Below, piece by piece: positions 31,324-42,375 of a stretch of 54,341 nucleotides of DNA. A model generated the notes under the pieces. It was not told where the DNA came from. It made no database searches and worked only from the letters and a program-made list of their open reading frames with translations. How positions within the stretch are numbered: the first letter of the stretch is position 1; each line of letters opens with the position of its first letter. Source of the DNA: Pseudomonadota bacterium (GTDB taxonomy: Bacteria > Pseudomonadota > Gammaproteobacteria > Burkholderiales > Burkholderiaceae_A). The stretch spans positions 1-54,341 of the forward strand of contig JBEARM010000009.1 in NCBI GenBank assembly GCA_041163175.1. Reading direction: 5' to 3'. The position numbers and the translations under genes were made by a program.

Positions 31324-33114
31324 GTGCAGAAGATCCGAAACTTTTCCATCATCGCCCACATCGACCACGGCAAGAGCACACTGGCAGATCGAATCATCCA
31401 GCTCTGCGGTGGCCTGTCCGACCGAGAGATGGAGGCGCAGGTCCTCGACTCCATGGACCTCGAGCGAGAACGCGGCATCACCATCAAGGCCCAGACGGCG
31501 GCACTTCAATACACAGCGCTCGATGGTGAGCGCTATTTTTTTAATCTCATCGATACACCGGGCCATGTCGACTTCTCCTATGAGGTAAGCCGATCCCTCT
31601 CCGCCTGCGAGGGTGCGCTGCTGGTGGTGGATGCCTCACAGGGGGTCGAGGCCCAGACCGTTGCCAACTGTTACACCGCGCTCGACCTCGGGGTCGAGGT
31701 GGTACCTGTGCTCAACAAGATCGACCTTCCCGCGGCCAACCCAGAGCAGGCCATTGCGGAGATTGAGGATGTGATTGGACTGCCGGCCCAGGATGCCATC
31801 CGCTGCAGTGCGAAGACGGGCGAGGGGGTGCGCGACATCCTCGAGATGATTGTGGCGAAGATCTCACCGCCCAAGGGCGACCCGGAGGCACCCCTGCAGG
31901 CCCTCATCATCGACTCCTGGTTCGACAATTATGTTGGCGTGGTCATGCTGGTCCGGGTGATCAATGGTCGGCTCTCGGCCCGCGAGAAGATTCTGCTCAT
32001 GGCCACGGGTTCGACCCATGTGGTCGAGCAACTCGGCGTGTTCACGCCCAAGTCTGTTCAGCGAGAGGCACTCTCGGCCGGTGAGGTGGGCTTCATCATT
32101 ACCGGCATCAAGGAGCTCAAGGCGGCGAAGGTCGGCGACACCGTGACCCTGGCTCAAAAGCCCGCTCCCGCACCCCTGCCCGGATTCAAAGAGGTTAAGC
32201 CGCAGGTCTTTGCTGGTCTGTATCCGGTGGAGTCGAGCGAATACGACATCATGCGAGATGCCCTGGAGAAGCTGCAGCTCAACGATGCGGCCCTTCAGTT
32301 TGAGCCAGAGGTGTCCCAGGCGCTTGGCTTTGGCTTTCGGTGCGGTTTTCTTGGGCTCTTGCACATGGACATCGTCCAGGAGCGGCTTGAGCGCGAGTAC
32401 AACATCGACCTCATCACCACGGCGCCCACAGTGGTCTATCAGGTGCTCATGAAGGACGGCAGCGTGATCGATGTCGACAATCCCTCGAAGATGCCCGATG
32501 CATCCAAGATTGAAGAGATCCGTGAGCCCATTGTGGATGTCATGCTCTTTATGCCCCAAGACTATGTCGGGGTGGTGATGTCGCTCTGTACCTCCAAGCG
32601 CGGCATGCAGACCAACATGACCTACCACGGACGGCAGGTGAATCTGACCTACGAGATTCCGATGAACGAGATCGTGCTCGACTTCTTCGACAAGCTGAAG
32701 TCGGTCTCACGCGGCTATGCCTCCATGGACTACGAGTTCAAGGAATATCGGGCCTCTGATGTCGTGAAGATGGACATCCTCATCAATGGCGACAGGGTCG
32801 ACACCCTTTCGGTCATCGTGCATCGGGCCAATGCCCAGAGCCGTGGTCGTGAATTGGCTGCCAAGCTTCGTGAGCTCATTCCCAGGCAGATGTTTGATGT
32901 GGCCGTGCAGGCAGCCATTGGCGTGAATATTCTGGCCCGCGAGAACATCAAGGCCTTGCGAAAGAATGTGTTGGCCAAGTGCTACGGGGGAGACATCAGC
33001 CGCAAGCGCAAACTGCTCGAGAAGCAGAAGGCGGGTAAAAAGCGCATGAAGCAGGTTGGCACGGTGGAGATCCCACAGGAGGCCTTCTTGGCCATTCTGA
33101 AGGTTGATTCATGA
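31324..33114 (+). CDS. lepA: Elongation factor 4
   Basis: [30 protein letters not shown]; GTG start. Confidence 0.97.
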   Translation: MQKIRNFSIIAHIDHGKSTLADRIIQLCGGLSDREMEAQVLDSMDLERERGITIKAQTAALQYTALDGERYFFNLIDTPGHVDFSYEVSRSLSACEGALLVVDASQGVEAQTVANCYTALDLGVEVVPVLNKIDLPAANPEQAIAEIEDVIGLPAQDAIRCSAKTGEGVRDILEMIVAKISPPKGDPEAPLQALIIDSWFDNYVGVVMLVRVINGRLSAREKILLMATGSTHVVEQLGVFTPKSVQREALSAGEVGFIITGIKELKAAKVGDTVTLAQKPAPAPLPGFKEVKPQVFAGLYPVESSEYDIMRDALEKLQLNDAALQFEPEVSQALGFGFRCGFLGLLHMDIVQERLEREYNIDLITTAPTVVYQVLMKDGSVIDVDNPSKMPDASKIEEIREPIVDVMLFMPQDYVGVVMSLCTSKRGMQTNMTYHGRQVNLTYEIPMNEIVLDFFDKLKSVSRGYASMDYEFKEYRASDVVKMDILINGDRVDTLSVIVHRANAQSRGRELAAKLRELIPRQMFDVAVQAAIGVNILARENIKALRKNVLAKCYGGDISRKRKLLEKQKAGKKRMKQVGTVEIPQEAFLAILKVDS

Positions 33115-33911
33115 ATTTCGCACTCATCCTGCTGCTCCTGTGCCTGGCCACTGGTGCCCTCTGGTTTGCAGACCGATTCGTCTGGCGAAAGGCCCGACCC
33201 GCTGGCTCGAATCGCCCGGCCTGGCTGGAGTACACCGCCGGCTTCTTTCCGGTGCTCTTCTTGGTCTTTTTCGTTCGTTCGTTTCTTTTTGAGCCCTTCA
33301 ACATCCCGTCGGGCTCCATGATTCCAACGCTTCGGATCGGCGACCTGATCCTGGTTCAGAAGTACAGCTATGGCATTCGCCTGCCGGTGGTCCACACCTT
33401 GGTCATTCCGACTGGGCAGCCCGAGCGCGGGGATGTGGCGGTCTTCCGATATCCCAAGGATGAGTCTGTCGATTACATCAAGCGAATTGTTGGTCTGCCG
33501 GGAGATGAGATCGTCTTCGAGGGCAAGCAGCTGGTGCTCAATGGTCAGCCCATTCCACGCGTAGACAAGGGCGTCTTTGTAGACCCGGGGGCCGTCCGAG
33601 CCTCTCGCCGCTACACCGAACAGATTGGAACACGTCAGTACGACACCCTCAATGACCTAGGGGCACCAGAGTTTTTCTTCTTGGAGTCCTTCCCAAACCG
33701 AGAGGCCTGCGAGCGTACGCTGGACGGCATGCGCTGCAAGGTTCCTGAGGGCCATTACTTCGCCATGGGGGACAACCGGGACAATTCGGCAGACAGCCGC
33801 ATCTGGGGATTTGTTCCGGCACGCAATCTCGTGGGTAAGGCTGTGGTCATCTGGTTCAATGCCTCCGAGGTGTTCTCGGGCGACTTCTCCAGATTGGGCG
33901 GCATCGAATGA
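33111..33911 (+). CDS. lepB: Signal peptidase I
   Basis: [28 protein letters not shown]. Confidence 0.96.
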   Translation: MNFALILLLLCLATGALWFADRFVWRKARPAGSNRPAWLEYTAGFFPVLFLVFFVRSFLFEPFNIPSGSMIPTLRIGDLILVQKYSYGIRLPVVHTLVIPTGQPERGDVAVFRYPKDESVDYIKRIVGLPGDEIVFEGKQLVLNGQPIPRVDKGVFVDPGAVRASRRYTEQIGTRQYDTLNDLGAPEFFFLESFPNREACERTLDGMRCKVPEGHYFAMGDNRDNSADSRIWGFVPARNLVGKAVVIWFNASEVFSGDFSRLGGIE

Positions 33912-34678
33912 CCGAGCCGACTGATCTCGAGACCCGGTTGGGTTACCGGTTTCAGGATCAGGGCCTCTTGCGTCTGGCCTTCACACACCGAAGCCATAGC
34001 ATTCCGCACAACGAGCGGCTGGAGTTCTTGGGCGACAGCGTTCTGAACCTGGCGGTGTCCGGGCTTCTTTATAAAGAGCTAGAAGGATTTGCCGAGGGGG
34101 ATCTCAGTCGAGTCCGATCAAGCCTTGTGCGACAAGGGGCCTTACACGACATTGCCCAGTCCCTCTCACTACACCAGAATCTCTTTTTGGGTGAGGGAGA
34201 ACTCAAAAGCGGTGGGCTTCGTCGCCCGTCCATCCTGGCCGACGCCCTGGAGGCACTGATTGGTGCCATCTATCTCGATGGTGGCTACGAGGAGGCCCAG
34301 CGGGTCGTCGAGTCACTCTATCTGCCCATCCTCCGGCAGGTCGATGCGGCCACCCTGGGAAAGGACGCCAAGACCCTGCTTCAGGAGTTCCTGCAGGGCC
34401 ATGGTCTGCCGCTGCCAGCCTATCAGGTGGTGGCCACGCTCGGCGCCGCTCATAACCAGGTCTTCGAGGTGGAGTGTGCCGTGGCCAAGCTCTCCATTGC
34501 AGCCCTGGGCAGCGGTGCGAGCCGCCGGGCTGCTGAGCAGGCTGCTGCCACAGAGGCCCTTCAGGCCGCCCAGGCCGCCATGGCGGCTGTGCCTGCCAAG
34601 CGCCGTCGCACCAAGAAGCCAGCCCCCGAGGCGCCTCAAGCCCGGCTCGAATTCAGCGCCACGCAAAAGAAAGCCTGA
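33908..34678 (+). CDS. rnc: Ribonuclease III
   Basis: [16 protein letters not shown], ds[11 protein letters not shown]. Confidence 0.96.
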   Translation: MTEPTDLETRLGYRFQDQGLLRLAFTHRSHSIPHNERLEFLGDSVLNLAVSGLLYKELEGFAEGDLSRVRSSLVRQGALHDIAQSLSLHQNLFLGEGELKSGGLRRPSILADALEALIGAIYLDGGYEEAQRVVESLYLPILRQVDAATLGKDAKTLLQEFLQGHGLPLPAYQVVATLGAAHNQVFEVECAVAKLSIAALGSGASRRAAEQAAATEALQAAQAAMAAVPAKRRRTKKPAPEAPQARLEFSATQKKA

Positions 34679-34683
34679 TCGCC

Positions 34684-35580
34684 ATGCATCGCGCGGGGAT
34701 GGTCGCCATTGTGGGTCGCCCCAATGTTGGCAAGTCCAGCCTGCTCAATGAGCTGGTAGGCATGCCCCTGAGCATCACGTCTCGAAAGGCGCAGACCACG
34801 CGTCATCGCATTCTGGGGGTGCGCACGTCACCCGATCACCAGATTCTCTTCGTGGATACGCCGGGGATTCAGCATCTCCATCAGGCGGCCCTCAATCGCC
34901 ATTTGAATAAGGCCGCGGTCTCATCCATGGCCGATGTCGATGCGGTCTTGTGGGTCATTGAGGCCCGTCGTCTGCTGCCGGAGGATGAGCGGGTGCTGAC
35001 CATGCTGCCCAAAGACTTGCCAGTCCTGGTGGCCTTGAACAAGTCAGACCTGCTCAAGACCGAGCGCGACAAGGCCCAGGCCTTTGCCATTGCCCAGGCC
35101 CTGTCGGAGTCGCGCAGCTTCGCCGCACTGGTGCCGGTGTCGGCCGAGAAGGGCTTTCAGCTCGATGTGCTCGCCAAGGCGCTTGCCGAATGCCTGCCCG
35201 AGCAGCCCCCGTTGGTGGAAGCCGATACAGTCACTGATCGGAGCATTCGATTCATGTGTGCCGAGCTCATTCGGGAGAAACTCTTTCGGCTCATGGGAGA
35301 TGAACTGCCCTATGAGGCCACTGTGGTGATTGAGCGATTTGTAGAGGCCACGCCAGAGACCCCGCGGGTCGAGATCGACGCCACCATTGTGGTGGCCAGA
35401 GCCTCTCAGAAGCCCATGGTCATCGGTGAGGGTGGCGACCGAATTCGCAGAATCGGCACGGAGGCGCGCCGAGACATCATCAAGCTGATTGAGCAGCCCG
35501 TGCATCTGCAGCTCTGGGTCAAGGTCAAAGAGAACTGGGCCGACGACGACAAGGCGGTCCGTAGCTTCGGATATGAATGA
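34684..35580 (+). CDS. era: GTPase Era
   Basis: GRPNVGKS, QTTR, DTPG, NKSD, KH domain VIGEGG. Confidence 0.96.
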   Translation: MHRAGMVAIVGRPNVGKSSLLNELVGMPLSITSRKAQTTRHRILGVRTSPDHQILFVDTPGIQHLHQAALNRHLNKAAVSSMADVDAVLWVIEARRLLPEDERVLTMLPKDLPVLVALNKSDLLKTERDKAQAFAIAQALSESRSFAALVPVSAEKGFQLDVLAKALAECLPEQPPLVEADTVTDRSIRFMCAELIREKLFRLMGDELPYEATVVIERFVEATPETPRVEIDATIVVARASQKPMVIGEGGDRIRRIGTEARRDIIKLIEQPVHLQLWVKVKENWADDDKAVRSFGYE

Positions 35581-36268
35581 GGCCTATGTCCTGCATAGCC
35601 TGGCCTGGCGGGAGACCAGCCTCATCGTCGAGGTGCTCACCCGAGCCGAGGGCCGGCTTGGACTGGTCGCGCGGGGCGCACGGCGGCCAAGGTCGGCCTT
35701 GCGTGGGCTGCTGCAGCCGTTTCAGCCGATCATGGTTCGATATGCAAGCAAAGGAGAGCTGCGAACGCTGATGGCCGCAGAGTGGCAGGGCGGCATGCCC
35801 GTGCTCTCTGGAGAGGCCCTGCTGGCCGGCTTCTACCTCAATGAGCTGATCATGCGGCTGCTACCCCGACAAGATGCGCATCCGATGTTGTTCGATGCAT
35901 ACCGGTCGGCAGTCTTCGGACTGGCCTCGTTGTCTCGGGGTGAGCTTGGTCTGATCGAACCCATTCTTCGCCAGTTTGAGTGCCGACTGCTTCGAGAGAT
36001 GGGCGTGCTGCCGAGCTTCGATGCCGCAGCCGACCAGGGGCCAGAGAGTGGCCTGGATGGTCAGCCCATATCAGAGCCCCTGGTGCGGGCCTTGGCCCAG
36101 TTCGATGATCCTCTCGATGTTTTCGCCCCGTCCTTGGCCGACCCGGGCGTGGCCTCGCAGGCCAAACGCCTGCTCCGGTCTCTCCTGCGGCATCATTTGG
36201 GTGGGGCAGAACTGATGTCCCGGGAGACCATTCGTGACCTTCACCGTTTGAGAGAGACTGTTCGATGA
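35573..36268 (+). CDS. recO: DNA repair protein RecO
   Basis: AYVLH...WRETSL, ARGARRP, LQPFQP, GFYLNEL. Confidence 0.92.
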   Translation: MNEAYVLHSLAWRETSLIVEVLTRAEGRLGLVARGARRPRSALRGLLQPFQPIMVRYASKGELRTLMAAEWQGGMPVLSGEALLAGFYLNELIMRLLPRQDAHPMLFDAYRSAVFGLASLSRGELGLIEPILRQFECRLLREMGVLPSFDAAADQGPESGLDGQPISEPLVRALAQFDDPLDVFAPSLADPGVASQAKRLLRSLLRHHLGGAELMSRETIRDLHRLRETVR

Positions 36269-37011
36269 TTGAGTTGGGTGTGAACATTGATCATGTCGCC
36301 ACGCTTCGGCAGGCGCGGCGCACCTACGACCCAGATCCAATCTGGGCGGCTGTTGAGGCCCACCTAGGCGGTGCCGACGGCATCACCGTCCACCTTCGTG
36401 AGGACCGGCGCCACATTCAAGACGCCGATGTCGATCGCCTGCGCACCCACACCCAGATCAAGCTCAACCTGGAGATGGCGGCCACCGCCGAGATGGTGGC
36501 CATCGCCGTTGCGGTCTCACCCGAGATGGCGATGCTGGTGCCAGAGGGCCGACAAGAGATCACCACCGAGGGTGGCCTGGATGTGGCGGGTCAGGCCAAT
36601 GCCTTGCGCCCCATGGTCAAGGCCCTCCGAGATGCGGGCATCACTGTGAGTGCTTTTGTCGATGCTGAGCCTCGGCAGATCCAGGCAGCCCACGACCTTG
36701 GGGTAGAGGTCTGCGAGGTGCACACCGGCCCCTATGCAGAGATCTTTCATGCCCAGGGCCGTGACCCGGATCGGCCGCCGGTGCAGCAAGAACTTGCTCG
36801 TCTTGCGCGCGCGGGAGAGGCCATTGTCTCGTTGGGCATGCGCTTCAATGCCGGCCATGCGCTCAACTACTTTAATGTGCAGCCGGTGGCGGCGCTGCCC
36901 GGCGTCCGTGAGCTTCACATTGGTCACGCCATTGTGTCGCGCGCGGTTTTCGTGGGCATGCGCGAGGCTGTTCGAGAAATGAAACGTTTGATGCGAGAGG
37001 CTGCGACATGA
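36265..37011 (+). CDS. pdxJ: Pyridoxine 5'-phosphate synthase
   Basis: LGVNIDHVATLRQAR, HLREDRRHI, TTEGGL, ELHIGH. Confidence 0.96.
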   Translation: MIELGVNIDHVATLRQARRTYDPDPIWAAVEAHLGGADGITVHLREDRRHIQDADVDRLRTHTQIKLNLEMAATAEMVAIAVAVSPEMAMLVPEGRQEITTEGGLDVAGQANALRPMVKALRDAGITVSAFVDAEPRQIQAAHDLGVEVCEVHTGPYAEIFHAQGRDPDRPPVQQELARLARAGEAIVSLGMRFNAGHALNYFNVQPVAALPGVRELHIGHAIVSRAVFVGMREAVREMKRLMREAAT

Positions 37012-37409
37012 TTGTGGGCGTGGGAACAGATGTGGTGCTGACCGACCGAATGCGAGCCCTCTTGGGACGTTGGGGTGCACGGCTGTCTGATCGGATTCTC
37101 GGTCCGACGGAACGCGAGCGATTTGCTGCGCAGCTTGGCGCCGGCGCCCATCCAGCCGAGCGTGCTGTGTCTTATCTGGCCAAGCGTTTTGCTGGCAAGG
37201 AGGCTGTTGGAAAGGCGCTGGGCTGTGGCCTCTCAAGGCCGATGGGTCTGCAGAGGCTCGAGCTGCTTAACGATGCGCGCGGGGCCCCGATGGTGGTGGC
37301 CCACGGTGAACTGGCTGAACATTTAGAGCGGGAGGGGCTGGTGGTGCATGTGTCCCTGTCAGATGAGCAGAGCATGGCCCAGGCCTTTGCCGTGGTGGAG
37401 AAGCGATGA
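37008..37409 (+). CDS. acpS: Holo-ACP synthase
   Basis: GVGTD, RFAGKEA..KALG, VSLSDE. Confidence 0.94.
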   Translation: MIVGVGTDVVLTDRMRALLGRWGARLSDRILGPTERERFAAQLGAGAHPAERAVSYLAKRFAGKEAVGKALGCGLSRPMGLQRLELLNDARGAPMVVAHGELAEHLEREGLVVHVSLSDEQSMAQAFAVVEKR

Positions 37410-38380
37410 GCCTTGGCCCCCTGATCATCGATGTAGAGGGCTTTGCACTCACGGCAGAAGAGTCTGAGCGACTGATGCACCCCTGGGTGGGTGGCGTCAT
37501 TTTGTTTAGCCGTAACTTTGAGTCGGTGGAGCAGCTCAAGGCGCTGACCGCAGCCATTCACCGGCTTCGCCCCTTGCTCATCTCTGTCGACCATGAGGGT
37601 GGTCGCATACAGCGGTTTCGAGAGGGTTTTACGGCCTTGCCGTCCTTTCAGAGCCTGGGCGAGGGGCTCTCCAGCCAGCCCAGCGCAGCGGTTTTGGCCC
37701 AGGCCATGCAAAATGCTAGGCAGGCCGGCTTGACCCTCGCCCGGGAGCTACGGGCTGTGGGGGTCGACTACAGCTACACGCCTGTGCTCGACCTCAACCA
37801 CGGCCAGAGCGCGGTGATCGGCGACCGATCCCTTCACCGAGACCCGGCACTGGTGACCATGCTGGCCTCAGCCGTGATGCATGGTCTTCGAATGGCAGGC
37901 TTTCACAACTGTGGAAAACATTTCCCGGGGCATGGCTGGGCGCAGGCGGACTCCCACCTGGCGCTGCCGGTCGATGACCGTCCATTGGAGACCATCCTCT
38001 CCGATGACGCGAGCCCGTATGCCTGGCTGGGGCGGGGAGATGCGGCCCTGTCGGCCGTGATGCCGGCACATATTCGTTATACGGCCGTCGACGATCAGCC
38101 TGCGGGATTCTCCAGGACCTGGCTCACCGACATCCTCAAGGGGCGCCTGGGCTTTGAGGGCGTGGTGATCAGCGATGACCTGGCCATGGCGGGTGCCGCC
38201 GTCTACGAGGATGTGGCCGATCGTGCGCAGGCGGCCTTTGAGGCCGGCTGTGATGCCACCCTGATCTGCAATCGGCCCGACCTCAGCATTCGGGCGCTGG
38301 ATGAACTACCGCGCCGAATGCCTGACTTTTTAACTGCGCCGGCGCGGCGAAGCCTGGCTCGGCTCCTGCCGGATGCGTGA
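37406..38380 (+). CDS. nagZ: Beta-N-acetylhexosaminidase
   Basis: DHEGGRIQR, KHFPGHG..ADSH, SDDLAM. Confidence 0.95.
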   Translation: MSLGPLIIDVEGFALTAEESERLMHPWVGGVILFSRNFESVEQLKALTAAIHRLRPLLISVDHEGGRIQRFREGFTALPSFQSLGEGLSSQPSAAVLAQAMQNARQAGLTLARELRAVGVDYSYTPVLDLNHGQSAVIGDRSLHRDPALVTMLASAVMHGLRMAGFHNCGKHFPGHGWAQADSHLALPVDDRPLETILSDDASPYAWLGRGDAALSAVMPAHIRYTAVDDQPAGFSRTWLTDILKGRLGFEGVVISDDLAMAGAAVYEDVADRAQAAFEAGCDATLICNRPDLSIRALDELPRRMPDFLTAPARRSLARLLPDA

Positions 38381-38927
38381 GCATGGAGGCGCTCGCGGGC
38401 TGTCGTCGTTGTGAGCGGCTTGCGGGCTTTCTAGACGCCGTTCGGGCCGAGCACCCAAATTATTTCTGCGCCCCGGTGCCCCCTTTTGGTGATGCCGCAG
38501 GCCAACTGTTGGTGGTGGGTTTGGCCCCAGGCCTACATGGCGCCAATGCGACAGGCCGGCCCTTCACGGGTGACGCCTGCAGCGATCTCCTCTATGGCAG
38601 CCTGCACGCTCATGGCTTCTCAACTGCGCCACGCTCCTTGCATCGTGATGATGGGCTTCTGCTTCATAACTGTCGGATCACCAATGCAGTGAAGTGTCTT
38701 CCACCAGCCAATAAGCCCACTGGTGAAGAGGTTCGTCGCTGTGGCAGTTATCTTCGGGCGGAGCTTCTGTCTCAGCGGCCACGTGTGGTGCTCGCGCTGG
38801 GAGCGGTCTCGCATCAGGCGGTGCTCAGGGCCTTGGGCCTGCGTGGTTCAGCCCATCCCTTTGCTCACGGTGCAGAGCATGATCTCGGCCAGTTGTGGGG
38901 CAGGCCAAACAGGCCTTGACCAGATGA
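38377..38927 (+). pseudogene. Family 5 uracil-DNA glycosylase (UdgB-like) with an internal deletion and frameshift near 38889
   Basis: [33 protein letters not shown]; the motif-2 His segment is absent; a plausible end [11 protein letters not shown] lies in another frame and overlaps the uvrC ATG. Confidence 0.75.
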
Positions 38928-40753
38928 CCCCTGAGGAGACCGCCGCCTTCTTGAAGGGCTTGCCGGCCGCGCCTGGGGTCTACCGATTCTGGAGCGCGGC
39001 CGACGAACTACTCTATGTGGGCAAGGCCCGCCATCTGAAGAAGCGTGTGTCATCTTACTTTCAGAAGCATGGCCACAGTCCCCGAATTGCCAAGATGGTC
39101 TCGCAGATTCATCGGGCTGAGATCACCGTCGTTCGCTCTGAGGCAGAGGCCTTGCTGCTCGAGAGCAACCTGATCAAAACCCAGTCGCCGCGCTACAACA
39201 TTCTGTTCAGAGACGACAAGTCGTATCCGTACCTGCGGATGAGCCGGCATGCCTTTCCCAGAATTAGTTTCTACAGGGGTGCAGTCGATCGGCAGGCCGA
39301 TTACTTTGGCCCTTTCCCCAATGGCTGGGCGGTGAAGGAGAGCATCCAGATCCTGCAAAAGGTCTTCCAGCTTCGCAGCTGCGCGGACTCCGTATTCTCC
39401 AACCGATCGCGGGCCTGCCTGTTGCACCAGATCCACCGGTGCAGCGCGCCCTGCGTCGGTGTCATCTCGCCGGAGGACTACGCCCGAGACACCCAGCGCG
39501 CCTTGGCCTTTCTCAAGGGTGGCCATGAGGAGGTCCTGCAGGGCCTTGAGAGCGACATGGTGGAAGCCTCTGAGCGGCTCGCCTTTGAGGAGGCGGCGGT
39601 CTTTCGAGACCAGATCGCTGCCCTGTCTCGCGTTCTGCAGCAGCATGCCATGGAGGCTGAGGACGGCCAGGACTGCGACATTCTTGCGGTGGCCACCGAT
39701 GGCCATCGACTGGTGGTCAATCTGGCCATGGTGCGGGGCGGTCGTCATTTGGGAGACCGTGCCCACTTCTCGATGAATTCATCTGGCCTCGATCAGGATC
39801 AGGAGTCTGTGCTCGATGAGGCCCTGGTGGCCTTCGTGGGCCAGCACTACGGCAGTTCGACCAGCATCCCCACCTTGGTCTTGAATCGGGAAGGCGCAGT
39901 GGAAGCGCTTCTCGAGTGGTGGTCGAGCACAGAGCGCGCGCCCAGGCTGCTCTATGCGCCGCAGGGCAAGCGACGTGATTGGCTGCGCATGGCCGAGGAC
40001 AATGCACGCCTTGCTCTGGCCCGGCGTGCCCAGGAGCAGGGGGGTGCAGAGGCCAAGACGAGGCTTCTGGCCGACACGCTGGGTCTTGCTGTGCAGGAAG
40101 ACCTTGCCCTGTTGCGCATTGAGTGTTTCGACATCAGTCACACCGCTGGCGAGGCCACCCAGGCCTCGTGCGTCGTCTACCACCACCATGCCATGCAGCC
40201 AAGCGAGTACCGTCGATTCAACATTGAGGGCATCACGCCTGGAGACGACTATGCCGCCATGCGACAGGCGCTGCTGCGCCGCTATGGTGAAGCCGAGAGC
40301 CTGCCCGACCTCGTACTCATCGATGGCGGCAAGGGGCAGCTCAGCATGGCCGCTCAGGTTTTCGAGGAATGTGGTCACGATACGGGTGTCTTGATCGGCG
40401 TGGTCAAGGGCGAGGGTCGCAAGGTGGGACTTGAGCGCCTGCTCCATGTGGATGGCCGAGAGCTGGCCTTGGGCCGTGATCATGCGGCCCTGCTGCTTGT
40501 GGCGCAGATTCGGGACGAGGCCCATCGGTTTGCCATCACGGGTATGCGGGCCAAACGAGCCAAGGCTCGACAAGGCTCGGTATTAGACGACATCGAGGGC
40601 ATCGGTCCGAAGCGGCGGCAGCGGCTGCTGGGCAGATTCGGGGGCCTGCAGGGGCTGCGAGCAGCGTCTGTGGACGACCTCAAGACGGTCGATGGGATTT
40701 CAGAGACCCTCGCCCAACAGATCGTTCGACACCTTCGAGGGGAGTCGGACTGA
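38924..40753 (+). CDS. uvrC: Excinuclease ABC subunit C
   Basis: PGVY...LYVGKA, DDKSYPY, Cys cluster, [23 protein letters not shown], HhH. Confidence 0.96.
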   Translation: MTPEETAAFLKGLPAAPGVYRFWSAADELLYVGKARHLKKRVSSYFQKHGHSPRIAKMVSQIHRAEITVVRSEAEALLLESNLIKTQSPRYNILFRDDKSYPYLRMSRHAFPRISFYRGAVDRQADYFGPFPNGWAVKESIQILQKVFQLRSCADSVFSNRSRACLLHQIHRCSAPCVGVISPEDYARDTQRALAFLKGGHEEVLQGLESDMVEASERLAFEEAAVFRDQIAALSRVLQQHAMEAEDGQDCDILAVATDGHRLVVNLAMVRGGRHLGDRAHFSMNSSGLDQDQESVLDEALVAFVGQHYGSSTSIPTLVLNREGAVEALLEWWSSTERAPRLLYAPQGKRRDWLRMAEDNARLALARRAQEQGGAEAKTRLLADTLGLAVQEDLALLRIECFDISHTAGEATQASCVVYHHHAMQPSEYRRFNIEGITPGDDYAAMRQALLRRYGEAESLPDLVLIDGGKGQLSMAAQVFEECGHDTGVLIGVVKGEGRKVGLERLLHVDGRELALGRDHAALLLVAQIRDEAHRFAITGMRAKRAKARQGSVLDDIEGIGPKRRQRLLGRFGGLQGLRAASVDDLKTVDGISETLAQQIVRHLRGESD

Positions 40754-41451
40754 TGCGGCGCCTCTGGCGGTGGCTGCGCTGGCCAATCGGCCTCTTGGTG
40801 GGCCTCGTGCTGGTGGCGCAGCTCTTTTTCTTTGCGCAGGTGGTCTGGCTTCGATTCGTGGACCCGACGACGACATCCTTCATGCGTGCAGAGCAGGCGC
40901 GCCTCTCCATGGCTCAGTCTCGACCGGTCGTTCTGCGGCACCGCTGGGTGGATTACAGCCGCATTTCGTCGCAGGCCAAGCGCGCCGTGGTAGCCGCAGA
41001 GGACTCTGGCTTCACCCAGCACGATGGCATCGACTGGGAGGCCATTGAGAAGGCAGCCAAGGACAACTTTCGCAAGGGAAAGATCAAGCGGGGTGGCTCC
41101 ACGATCACCATGCAACTGGCCAAAAATCTGTTTCTCTCCTCCGAGCGCAGCTTTGTTCGCAAGGCTCAGGAGGTCGTGCTCACGGGCATGCTGGAGCTGG
41201 TCCACGACAAACGTAGACTTTTAGAGCTCTACCTCAATGTGGCGGAGTGGGGTGTGGGTGTCTTTGGCATTGAGGCAGCCGCACAGCATTACTTTGGCAT
41301 CCCGGCTGCCGCGCTCACGGCCGAGCAGTCGGCCTGGCTTGCTGCCATACTCCCGGCACCTCGGCGCTACGATCGGAACCGTCAGTCCGATTGGCTGCAG
41401 GAGAAGTCCATCATCATTCTGGAACGCATGCCCAAGGTGGCCATCCCATGA
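40753..41451 (+). CDS. mtgA: Monofunctional peptidoglycan transglycosylase
   Basis: AAEDSGF..H.G, GGSTITMQLAKNLFL, RKAQE, LYLNVAEWG. Confidence 0.94.
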   Translation: MRRLWRWLRWPIGLLVGLVLVAQLFFFAQVVWLRFVDPTTTSFMRAEQARLSMAQSRPVVLRHRWVDYSRISSQAKRAVVAAEDSGFTQHDGIDWEAIEKAAKDNFRKGKIKRGGSTITMQLAKNLFLSSERSFVRKAQEVVLTGMLELVHDKRRLLELYLNVAEWGVGVFGIEAAAQHYFGIPAAALTAEQSAWLAAILPAPRRYDRNRQSDWLQEKSIIILERMPKVAIP

Positions 41452-42368
41452 CCTGGCAGGTTCGTCTGTCGCTCGCATTATTGTTTGTGACACCTGCCTT
41501 TTGGACGGTGAACTACCTCATTGCGCGGCTCTATGTGGGCGAGATTGAGCCCCATGCCCTGGCCCTGCTGCGCTGGTCCGTGGCCCTCTGCATACTGCTG
41601 CCATTCTGTATGGGCGAAATCCGCCGCGCATGGCCACTGACGCCTCAGGAGCGACGGGAGTTTCTGCTCATGGGGGCGTTTGGAATGTGGATCTGTGGTG
41701 CCTTTGTCTATATCGCTGGTCAGACCACCTCATCGGTGAATATCGGCCTGCTCTATGCCCTGTCTCCTGTGCTGATCAGCTATGCCTCGGCCAAGCTTCT
41801 CAAGGAGCCCTTTGGCTGGGTGCAGTCCTTGGGTGTTGGTCTGGCCCTGCTGGGCATGGTCTGGGTGGTGATGAAGGGGGATCTCTCTCAGTTGGCCGCC
41901 CTTGAATTCACACCGGGTGACATTTGGATTTTGGTCTGCGTGGTCTCATGGACGCTTTATTCCCTGAGGCTCAAGGGCGTGCCCACACGCTTTTCAGCAG
42001 TCGCCAGGCTGAGCCTCATCACGGCCGGTGGGATTCTGGTGCTCATCCCCTTTACGATCATTGAAGCAGCGCTCACACCAAATTGGACGATCACGCCGCT
42101 TGGCTTTTGGTATGTGCTTTTGGTAGGCGTCTTCCCGGGGGTGGGTGCCTATGTCTGCTACTCCTACATGCAGCAGCACTTGGGGGCTGCACGGACATCG
42201 GTGGTGCTCTACTTCGGGCCCATTTATGCCGCCCTGGCGGGCTGGGCGCTACTGGGCGAGGCGCCCGAGATCTTCCATCTGGTTGGGGGCGTTGCCATTC
42301 TTTGCGGGGTTTACCTGGTCAATCGGCCGAGCCCGGGGCCGCAAGGGCAGCCTCGGGCTTCGTCGTGA
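41448..42368 (+). CDS. DMT/EamA-family transporter
   Basis: About 10 TM segments in two EamA repeats, LLGE motif. Confidence 0.9.
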   Translation: MTWQVRLSLALLFVTPAFWTVNYLIARLYVGEIEPHALALLRWSVALCILLPFCMGEIRRAWPLTPQERREFLLMGAFGMWICGAFVYIAGQTTSSVNIGLLYALSPVLISYASAKLLKEPFGWVQSLGVGLALLGMVWVVMKGDLSQLAALEFTPGDIWILVCVVSWTLYSLRLKGVPTRFSAVARLSLITAGGILVLIPFTIIEAALTPNWTITPLGFWYVLLVGVFPGVGAYVCYSYMQQHLGAARTSVVLYFGPIYAALAGWALLGEAPEIFHLVGGVAILCGVYLVNRPSPGPQGQPRASS

Positions 42369-42375
42369 AGCAGAT

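Noticed and set aside
36010-36080. Possible deletion in the middle of recO
   Set aside because: Frame intact, both ends conserved, and this region is naturally variable.
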